From Octopus vulgaris (Eukaryota): a DNA stretch of 64,000 nucleotides. The position numbers and the translations under genes were made by a program. Below are positions 54,093 to 64,000 of the stretch, in pieces. Within the stretch, counting starts at the first letter, position 1. Each line of letters begins with the position of its first letter. Below the pieces are notes generated by a model that was not told where the DNA came from, did not search any database, and was given only the letters and a program-made list of their open reading frames with translations. The stretch lies in NCBI GenBank assembly GCA_951406725.2, contig OX597828.1, positions 48,174,001 to 48,238,000 on the forward strand. Direction: 5' to 3'.

Positions 54093-55574
54093 ATACATAT
54101 TCTCTAGTGTAGTGTAAACCAGGTGTCTATGTAGGGGAATTTCTGTATGCTAACGACCTAATTCTTATAGCTGAATCTGATACTTAGAAAAACTGTATAT
54201 AATGAAGCAAGGTGTTTATATATGTGTATATGCATAGCGTTATATATGTGTATATGCATAGCGTTGGTTAAAAATCTATCAATATATATTCTATAGAGCT
54301 GTATAAACCACCTGTCAATGGGAACTATGTCAGTGACCTAATTCTCATAACTGAATCATCATCATCACTATTTAACATCTGTTTTCCATGCTGGCATGGG
54401 TTGGACAGTTTCACAGAAGCAGGGAAGGCCAGGAGCTGCACCAAGTTCCATTATCTTTTCAGTACGGTTTCTACAGCTGAATGCCCTTCCTAACGCCAAA
54501 CACTTTACAGAGTTGTGTTGGGTGATTTTTATGTAGCACTGAATCTGCTGAAGAACTACCAAACATGGACGGAAATCCTAGAAATTGAAACAACTGCTGA
54601 CTGGGGAAGAGGTCATATTCTATATCAGGCATGGGTAACCTTTTTCCAGAAGTGGGCCACATGAGACATAGCCCATCATTAGTAAGATGGGCCACACTAC
54701 TAAAAAAAAATTCAAGGGAATTTTTAGTTTAGGCATGCCACTCTGAAGTTCTGTGAGCCATAATTTGGCCATGAATGCTTTATATTTATACATAAGGTAG
54801 TTGGGAAGAAACTCTATAATAAGTACCCAATGCAAACTAAGTGGTGGGAGTGCATGGCTTAGTGGTTAGGGTGTTGAATTTCTGATTGCAAGGTTGTGGT
54901 TTTGATTTCTGGGCCACGTGTTGCATTGTGTTCTTCAGCAAAGCACTTCATTTTACACTGCTCCAGTTCACTCAGCTGGTTAAAATGAGTAATCCTGTGC
55001 TGGACTGGTGCCCCATCCAGGGAGAAACATATATGCCAGAGGAAGTGGGGAAACTGGCCCTATGTTCCCTATGGAGTAATGTGGAGTAACCAATGTAAAC
55101 TACGGGTGCACAAAATATGCAGTTGCATCACAAAGAAGCTGACGGGGAAGAGAAATGTCATGTGCAGCTCATGCATAAAAGTAGTAAGCAGCAAGAACAT
55201 TCATGAAAGAGGAACCAAGGCATGAGTTCTCTGAAGAACCTAAAAGGCTCCCCTGATGTTGGTGAGAGAATATTTTATTGAGGTAACTGAATTAGCAATG
55301 CTGCTAGGTCTTCTGAGATTATCAGAGCCACAATGGGGATGGAATGGAAAAAAGTTCAGGGTTTTATTAGCTATGTTGGTAACAAACGTATTCTGTCTCT
55401 GGCAGACAGTCTGATGCTTTTGTGTGAAGTGTGTTATTGCATGATAGCCAAACATGAGCACTGAATGCAGAGTATGGACAAATGGTTGACAAGAAATGAG
55501 ACTAGCTCCCTCCACTGGATGTGTAATGCTAGCATGTATGAACAATGGAGCACAAACGAGCTGAGAGATATATT

Positions 55575-55815
55575 TTGATTGTGGCCATGCTGGAGCACCA
55601 CCTTGAGGAGTTTTAGTCAAAGAAATCGACCCCAGGACTTATTATTTTGAGCCTAGTACTTATTCTATCAATCTCTTTTGCCGAACCGCTAAGTTACAGG
55701 GATGTAAACATACCAACACTGGTTATCAAGTGCTGATGAAGAGACAGACGCACATACACACACATAGATGTACACACACACACACAACAGGCTTCTTTCA
55801 GTTTCTGTCTACCAA
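55575..55815 (-). mobile_element. CORE-like SINE 3' half
   Basis: Family tail motifs; nearly identical to the inverted copy at 57309-57477. Confidence 0.88.
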
Positions 55816-55817
55816 AA

Positions 55818-56105
55818 CTGAGAGAAAACCTGGATGCAAGAGGAATCAGTTGTAGTGTGTAAGAGAGGAGACCATGCTGGTATGGACATGTGTCAAGTAT
55901 GAAGGATGGCATTCAGGTAAAAATGTGTGAAAAGGTTCAATTGAAAAGTGGAAAGAACTTGAAGAGGAGGAAGAGAAAAAGATAAATAAATAAAAAAGAT
56001 GTGGGAAGAGTGGTGAATGATCGTCTTAGAATTCTGAACTACGAAGAAGCTGACAAGGGCCAGCAACAAATGGCAAGACGCTGTACTGGAGAAGACATGT
56101 CCACC
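55818..56105 (+). mobile_element. Decayed RTE LINE ORF C-terminus
   Basis: LRENLDARGISCSV*ERRPCWYGHVSSM...WQDAVLEKT resembles the RTE motif RRLRWYGHVxRM. Confidence 0.7.
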
Positions 56106-57020
56106 TACATTGGCATAAAAAAAGAATTATGAAATGTCGAGGTATGCATCGGTGTGTATACGTACACACACACATAGATAGATAGATAGAAAGATAAATA
56201 GATATAGATACACACACATATATCTCATAGATCTAAATCTTGTCATTTAGTTATATGGCTGAAGTATATTGTATTTCAGCAGCGTGTATAATGTGTATGC
56301 GTGCATGCATGTGTGTATGCTTATATATACATCATTCTATCTATCAACTTATCTCTCTCATACACACAATGCATATATACATAGATGCAAGTGCGTACAC
56401 AAAAGCATATATACATATATGTATAAACAGGCACTGAAGTACACAAATCAACACACACACACACACACACATATGCACAAAGTGCACACACACATTCACA
56501 TTAACTTTGATGTGCATGTGTTTTCTGTTGGTGGAGCAGGAGATAATCACCTAATTACTTAGTTATAGTGGTGGTGGTAGTGATCTTAAGCCAAAGAACC
56601 TAGCTATGACAGTGTGTACTGTATCTGTTGAGTGAACAAAGAAGACAAAAATCTACAGCATCAGAAACTGCCCCCACAGCATGATGTTTGTAGGAAGTAA
56701 AATTTGGTGGTAGATGGACAGATAAGACCTAAATGTTTTTTGGGTTTTTTTCACACATCCATAAATGTAAAGAATACTGCTTGGAATGTTGTATATAAAA
56801 TATGGCAATAAAATGAAAGTAGAATAAACCTGTTATAAGGAGATTCTAGATCAAAACAGCCTCTTAAGATCTTACATGGTAACCACAGAACATTCTGAAA
56901 ACCTCATTTCAAAGGCCAGGTTTCTCTTTCAGTGTCAGAAAATACTTTAGCCTTGATCAATTACTGACCTCCACAAACGTCACTTTTGACCAAGATTAAT
57001 TTACAGTCTAATGGTTTGAG

Positions 57021-57630
57021 CAATGGTTCCTAACTGGGGTCCACGTAAGATTTTTTTGCTGTTAAAATTTATGTCCAATAAACTGATTATGCTTCTGCAA
57101 TACACAAAATATTAAAAAAAATTTTCTTATACAATTTTATACAGGTGCAGGCATTGCTGTAGGGTACGAAACTTGCTTCCCAAGCACATGGTTTAGGGTT
57201 CAGTTCCACTGCGTGGCACCTTGAGAGTCTTCTACTATAAACCTCAGGCCAATCAAAACCTTGTGAGTGGATTTGGTAGACAGAAACTGAAAGAAGCCTG
57301 TTGTGTGTGTCTGTCTCCTCATCAGCACTTGATAACCAGTGTTGGTATGTTTACATCCCTGTAACTTAGCGGTTCGGCAAAAGAGATTGATAGAATAAGT
57401 ACTAGGCTCAAAATAATAAGTCCTGGGGTCAATTTGTTTGACTAAAACCCCTCAAGGCGGTGCTCCAGCATGGCCACAGTCAAAAGATGAAGAGTAAAAT
57501 AGAAGAAAATTTCAAATAACATTTAATTATAAAAATATAATAGGATCATTTTAACATCAAATGGCTATGAGTGTCCATCCAAATAAAACAGGAATCAAAG
57601 GGGTCAGTGGGCAAAAAATGAGAAACACTG
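57021..57630. mobile_element. Possible hAT-type MITE with a nested CORE-like SINE (57143-57500, +)
   Basis: CAATGGTTCCTAAC...TGAGAAACACTG termini; related to ~2020-2330; no clean TSD. Confidence 0.5.
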
Positions 57631-58909
57631 GCATTAGAGTTTTGCACTAATGACCATGGGATTGTGGTTTTGATTCCAGAACTTGGCAGTGCACTGTGTT
57701 CTTAAGCAAAAGAACTTATTTTACATTGATCCAGTTCATTCAGCTGTAAATGTGTTCCAGAATTATCTGGGAAGTTGACCCTGCAAAGGACTGGCAGCCC
57801 ATTCAGGGGTGAGTGTTGTGATGTCTCAATCACTTATATACCATGGAAAACCAGGTTGAGCTCTGGCCTTATGAATCTTAGAGTTCATGAGAGATCTAAG
57901 TATAGAGATCTAATATATACGTTCTGGAACTGAACCGGGAACCACAGGCCCTCTTAACATACAGGGACTCCTATGCCTGTATAATTAATAATCTTTTTTT
58001 TTTTCATTTAAAAACAATAATTCTCCCATTCTTCTGTGGCATATCTACATTTTAATAAGAAATAAAAAAAATTTAATAAAAATATTTAATGAAATTGATG
58101 AAGAACAATAAAAGTTTAGTCATGCAATATTGATATAGTTGGAATACTTAGAGTAAAATATGTGTTGGGTGCATACTAGTTTTTACATTGATATTTGGTT
58201 GGAAATTAGTGAGTTTTAGCCTTAAATTACTATACTGTCAGATTCAGTTTGCTATAAAGTCAAAACCCTTAATGATCAAGATCTTTTCAGGTGTATATCA
58301 ACCCACTGGACAGCCATACAGACCCCACCCTAACAGGAGTCAATATTGACCACTTTACCAACACCTGTTCTAGATGAACACCAGATGCTTCGATCTCACC
58401 AGATGAGAGATAATCATCAACCTGGATAGGACTTCTGCTAGAGAAAGATTCTTGCCAAAACCTATTCCAGCACTGGTGGTAAAGATTAGCTTGTTACAGT
58501 AAAATAATGTTCCTCCTCTTCATAATAAACAAGTAAAAAGATAATGAATGACTAATATATACATTCAATATATGTATAAAGCTTACATCAATACTTCTAA
58601 TTATTGAAGAACTGGGTTGTGTAATAACATATTTGGAACAAAAAAAATCAAAAAAAAAAAAATCAATGTACACAACACTTGCAAATACTTCATTCTTGAT
58701 TAAAATACTTGTTTTTAATATTTAATATTTGTGTGACACAAGAGAAGGGAAATTACACATACACACACACAAACACACCTATCTCATTTATTATCAACAT
58801 GATTGTTTTACTGTTCACTTTTCCCTGCTTGCATAGGGTAAATGAAATTCACTGAGGCAGGTTTTCTATGGCTGGATGTCCTTCCTGTCAACAACCCTCA
58901 CTTGTCTAA

Positions 58910-60090
58910 CAAATGTAACAGGTTTCAATGCTTCTTCTAGAAAAAAGATCAAATATCCTTACTCAGTCCATCAGAAAGAGTCTTATAACAATATGTAGCT
59001 CGTTTTGGAAGTTGTTAAGTACAACCAGTACCAGTGGAGTCTCTGCAGGGACCTCAAGGTCACTGGGCTCCTTATGGGTATGCAAGCGGACTTCACAAAG
59101 TACTGTTGCTTTCTCTGTCTCTAGGAGAGTTGGGCTCTGTCCAAGCACTACAAGCAGAAGGACTGGGGATCTAGGAGTACTTTCATGTCTGATGAACACA
59201 GTGTCCAAGAAAATCCTGTGGTGGACACGAACAAGGTGCTTCTTCCCCCTCTTCATATCAAGCTTGGCTTAATGAAGAATTTTGTGAAGGTCATGGACAA
59301 AAATGGCGCTGCCTTCCAATACTTGTGCTCTCTGTTCCCAGCTCTGAGTTCTGCTAAGCTCATGGAGGGAAACTTCGTCGGACCTCAGATCTGAGAGGTG
59401 TTGAAAGACAAGGACTTTGAGAAGCTTCTTTCCTTAAAGAAACTGAGAGCATGGGAAGCATTTAAGTCAGTCTGCCACAGCTTTCTTGGTAACATATGGG
59501 TACTAGACTACCAAGAGTGTATCGAGAAGTTATTACAGTCTTACGAGGATATGGGATGCTGAATGTCACTTAAAATTCACTTTCTCCATTTCCACCTTAA
59601 TTTTTTCCCTCCAAAGCTCAGAGCAGTGAGTGATGAGCATGGAGAAAGGTTCTATCAAGTTATTACTAAGATGGAGAGCAACTACTAAGGGAAGTGGAAC
59701 CCCAGCATGATAGGGTCCTTTTGCTGGATGCTCTTGCGTGACAATTCGGAGGCAAAGTACACAAGATCGTCCAAAAATATCACTTCTGTCTGCTGTACTT
59801 TGATTTGTATGTATTGTATTATCAAAGTAATTCAGTTCCATCAATGTTCTGTATCTAAGTTGTTTTTTTTTTTCCTGTAACATGCCTTTGTTACAGATGA
59901 AATAAACATTATATTTTGAATTTATATGCAGTATAATTAAAATGGGATATGTGAAAGGAAATAAAATAGAGGTGATAGAGTAGAACTGTTCAGAAAATTG
60001 AATTCATCACATCAAAATTATTGAAAAACACACCTATTCACATCCTTGCCTCAGCAAGAAAAAAAAAAAAAAAAAAATGTAAAACCAGTG
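58910..60090 (+). mobile_element. 5'-truncated Chapaev3-like DNA transposon
   Basis: Transposase remnant plus a 3' region ending in ...AAAACCAGTG (a CACTG-type terminus); left end not found. Confidence 0.7.
58960..59790 (+). pseudogene. Chapaev3-like (CMC) transposase pseudogene, 3' half
   Basis: One frame: GMQADFTKYCCFLCL*...LLPPLHIKLGLMKNFVKVMD...EGNFVGPQI*...MSLKIHFLH...AVSDEHGERFYQ...GKWNPSMIGSFCW; five in-frame stops and no frameshift seen. Confidence 0.85.
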
Positions 60091-61457
60091 TTTTTAACCC
60101 TTTTATTAGCATATTTCTGTTGAAATACACTGCCTTTGATTCACTTAAGCTGGCATTAGGAATATGAATTAACATGAAATTTTAATGGCAGGTTATAATT
60201 TAGATCACTTTAAACAAGCGGCTTGTATCATGAAACCAAATTGACTGAGGTAAAGCCAATGGGTGAAAGCAATGAGCATGTTTCAATCAACTGATCTAAT
60301 AAGAGTTATTTCCCCTTCTTTTAGATTTTAAACAACTCCATTGAGTGAGTTTATGCCTACTAATTGCTGGGATTTCAACATTTTTCAACCCACCATATTA
60401 AATATATTCTCCTGAGGTATATTGCTTCAGTTGTATTGTTGATAACTCATTTTGAAGCAAACAAACAATCTAAAAAGTGGTTATCCGCATGATGGCCTTG
60501 TGTCCATTAATACACACGTTGATCATTCTTCCATTCTATTAAGCCATTATCACACAGTTATTTTGAGCAGGGCACTAAACAATTATTGTTCCCCTTCCCC
60601 CACTGTGGTAATCGAGTTGAAATTTTAAGACAACTATTATGATTCAATGACATAATTTCCTGTGTAAGCAATCCATTTTCTTCATGCCCAATCCTTCCCC
60701 CACCTCAGCTGAGATTTCACACACACACACACACATACATACGTACAGATGTACATGTATTTCTAAATAGCAATTTCATTTTTCAGTTGTATTTTCTTTT
60801 ATGCATACATACACATATAGATACATTACACACACACACACACACACACTTATAAAATTCCTATTTTTCTTTCGCTGATCAATTTCGAAATACTTTTTAA
60901 GTAACTGAAATAGAATAGCAAAAATACACAAAATTCTTATTTCTCCATATCCTTCCCCAACCCTTGGGGAAAGTCAATTCCTTTAGATGTCCTGGGATAG
61001 AAACCCTGCCCCCCCACACACATAAATAAATAAAAGAATAATAATAATGATAATAATAATAAAGCAAAGTGGCTGATAGAGACGGAATTATGGAAGCCAA
61101 TTTGATATTGCAGAGTTATGTTTTCACAATAGACAGGAAATGATGGGAGAGAAATACATAAATATGGAGTATTTTGACATGAAAGAGAGTGGGGAGAGAG
61201 AGAGAGAGAGAGAGAGATGGATGGATGGATGGTTGGAGGGGGTAAAAAAGAGAGACAAATAGACAGAAACAATGAAATCTGTGTATGAGCATATATGTAT
61301 GTGTGTATATATATATATATATTGTATACACACATACGAGAGAGAGAGAGAGAAAGAGAGAGAGAAATACATGGTTAGTCGGAGAGAAGAGTAAGGCAGA
61401 AACACTGAAATCTACACGTGTGTGTGTGTATATATATATATACATACACACATGCAC

Positions 61458-61490
<33 letters not shown>

Positions 61491-62128
61491 CACATATACA
61501 CATTGAGAGAGAGAGAGAGAGAGAGAGAAATGTTGGTGCACAGAAGTTGATCAAAAGAGGAAAAATAGAAAAAAAGGAATGAATGGGTGTAAGAGCTGGG
61601 GACAAACACACAGAAAAAAAAAATGTAAAGAAAAATAGCCAAGCATTGAAATTTACATTTCATACACACACACACACACACACATGAGAGAAAGGAGAGA
61701 GAGAGAGAGAGAATGTGAGTGAAGAGGGAGATTGATTAGAATAGGAAAAAGAAAAGAGAAAGGGTGATGGAGGGTTTGCAAAAAGAGACTGGGAGGTGGG
61801 TAACACGGATATATTATTAGCTAGGTGGGGTGGGTGGGGAAGTGAAGCTGTTCAACTGTGCGAAGAGCAATAGCCTACATATTTTGGACATATGCTATAA
61901 TTCAATGTCTGTGAAGTCTCAGGGAATTGATGAATCTACGTCCATGGAATTTTGGTACAAGTTAGTCATTTTAATGGAGAGTCTGCTTGGGATTAGTGAT
62001 TGGAAATGCCAGTTGAATTAATATGGTACAATAGGGGGATCTAGTAACTAAGTCGAACATATAGTTTATATAGATATAAGTGAACATACAAATATACCAC
62101 ACAAACACATGGACATGCATACATAAAC

Positions 62129-62162
<34 letters not shown>

Positions 62163-62164
<2 letters not shown>

Positions 62165-62557
62165 CGTAGGAGTGGCTGTGTGGTAAGTAGTTTGCTTACC
62201 AACCACATGGTTCCAGGTTCAGTCCCACTGCATGGCACCTTGGGCAAGTGTCTTCTACTATAGCCTCGGGCCGACCAAAGCCTTGTGAGTGGATTTGGTA
62301 GACGGAAACTGAAAGAAGCCCGTTGTATATATGTATATATATGTGTGTGTCTGTGTCTGTGTTTGTCCCCCCAACATCGTTTGACAAACGATGCTAGTGT
62401 ATTTACGTCCCTGTAACTTAGCGGTTCGGCAAAAGAAACCGATAGAATAAGTACTAGGCTTACAAAGAATAAGTCCTGGGGTCGATTTGCTCGACTAAAA
62501 GGCGGTGCTCCAACATGGCCACAGTCAAATGACTGAAACAAGTAAAAGAGTAAAAGA
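62163..62557 (+). mobile_element. Full-length CORE-like SINE
   Basis: Matches 33076-33471; an inverted copy lies at ~63302-63674. Confidence 0.93.
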
Positions 62558-62710
62558 ATATATATATATTACGGAGATGTACTCGCATAGCAATTAATTT
62601 GATCTGAGATCGTGTGCTGAAACGAAAACAATTGCAGCGTGGAAGGTGTTTATAAGCCATTTAAGAAACACACAAAAGCCGTTTGATTCACTTCAACATT
62701 TAAGTTTAAC

Positions 62711-62758
62711 TTATCAAAATATTTTCGTCGCTAAAATCCACGACCTGTTCACTGACAA
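62711..62758 (-). ncRNA. Minimal type I hammerhead ribozyme variant with G3-C8 core, inside a TA-flanked insertion (62570-62774)
   Basis: TTGTCA-GTGAACA-G-[GTCGT GGATTTTA GCGAC]-GAA-AATATT-T-TGATAA: stem I 6 bp, stem II 5 bp, palindromic stem III. Confidence 0.6.
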
Positions 62759-63678
62759 AGTCCGTGCTGCATTATATATATATATAATCAACGGACATAC
62801 TATTGGGGACTTTAATAGGAAGGACTATCAATCAATACACATATACAACCAGATGGACAATGTGTGTGTGTGTATAGATATGTATTAAAACCTACTTTTT
62901 CCATTGAGAGCTTAATACCCCAATATTAGACTATTTTCTTTAACCAATACACAGTGAATGCTTATTATTATTATAGATATAAATGTATTTGATCTATATA
63001 AATGAAGATATTTCCTTCGTTTTACTGCTAAACATAGGCATTTTTGAATCAGCGTTTTTGCAATTTTTGCAATTTGGCAGCCCTTACATAGAATTTCATG
63101 TTTTTTTGAACATTGAAGAGGCTTGCATACATAGATAAGAATTTTTTTATAAATTCTCTACTGTACATAAGTCGGAACAAATTGTTGGCATTATATGTGG
63201 TTTTTAAGGATTTGTTATATTTATTATATTAGAATGTAAATAAATTTTTATTTTCTCAATTGTATTTCTCTGTTTCATTTAATATTTGTATATATATTCT
63301 TTCTTTTATTCTTTTACTTGTTGCAGTCATTTGACTGCAGCCATGCTGGAGCACCACCTTTAGTTGAGCAAACTGACTCCAGGACTTATTCTTTGTAAGC
63401 CTAGTACTTATTCTATCGGTGTCTTTTGCCGATAGAATAAGATGTAAATGCACCAGCACTGGTTGTCAAGCGATGTTGGGCACACAAACACAGACACACA
63501 AACACATATATATACAACGGGCTTCTTTCAGTTTTTCATCTACCAAATCCACTCACAAGGCCTTGGTCGGCCTGAGGCTGTAGTAGAAGACACTTGCCCA
63601 AGATGCCATGCAGTGGGACTGAACCTATAACCATGTGGTTGGTAAGCAAGCTACTTACCACACAGCCACTCCTGTATG

Positions 63679-63714
<36 letters not shown>

Positions 63715-63715
<1 letters not shown>

Positions 63716-63900
63716 TCAATCCAAACATGAACAAGCAAGAAAAAACAACAACGTGAGGACGTGGAATAAATAGTGTTATTGGATGCTCAGGAAAGGAAAG
63801 AAAAGAAAGAAGATTTCACGTTTCAAGCGAAGCTCTTCATCAGAAATATAGAAAAAGTCCAAAGAAGGGAAGACGGAGAAAGAAAATCGCCAACAATACA
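63715..63900 (-). mobile_element. PLE-type short repeat with canonical hammerhead core
   Basis: ATTT-CTGATGA-A-GAGC TTC GCTT-GAAAC-GT-G-AAAT at 63813-63847; abuts (TA)n. Confidence 0.7.
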
Positions 63901-64000
63901 CACATCACACACACATACATCTCATGACAACCATTTTACCACGTTTGCATGGGTCAGATGGAGTTTTTTTTTTAAGGTAGGTATTCTACAGCTAGATGCC

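Overview
AT-rich, repeat-dense eukaryotic non-coding DNA (intron or gene desert). The repeat families look like those of Octopus; this is an inference from recognition, not a database hit. No host protein-coding exon can be supported, and almost all ORFs in the track are translations of microsatellites or SINEs. The window holds at least three tRNA-derived SINE families (one CORE-like with a central TA/TG microsatellite), many 3' ends of an RTE-clade LINE plus two ORF remnants, and a CR1-type LINE 3' end. It also holds a near full-length decayed Tc1, a deleted mariner, a Chapaev3-like transposase pseudogene, TTAA-flanked piggyBac-type MITEs, foldback elements and many micro/minisatellites. The most striking unexplained signal is a set of unrelated short insertions, mostly in (TA)n tracts, carrying minimal type I hammerhead ribozyme (HHR) folds of the Penelope-like element (PLE) kind. 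One has a compensatory G3-C8 core swap (62711-62758), one has a canonical core next to a GIY-YIG remnant (11894-11968), and one lies in a tRNA-B-box-bearing element with an inverted end and a 13-bp TSD (44708-44968). There is also a 159-bp-arm near-perfect hairpin (10009-10329) and a pair of inverted SINEs sharing 112 identical bases. Repeat boundaries were read by eye and are approximate unless a TSD or TIR is given.
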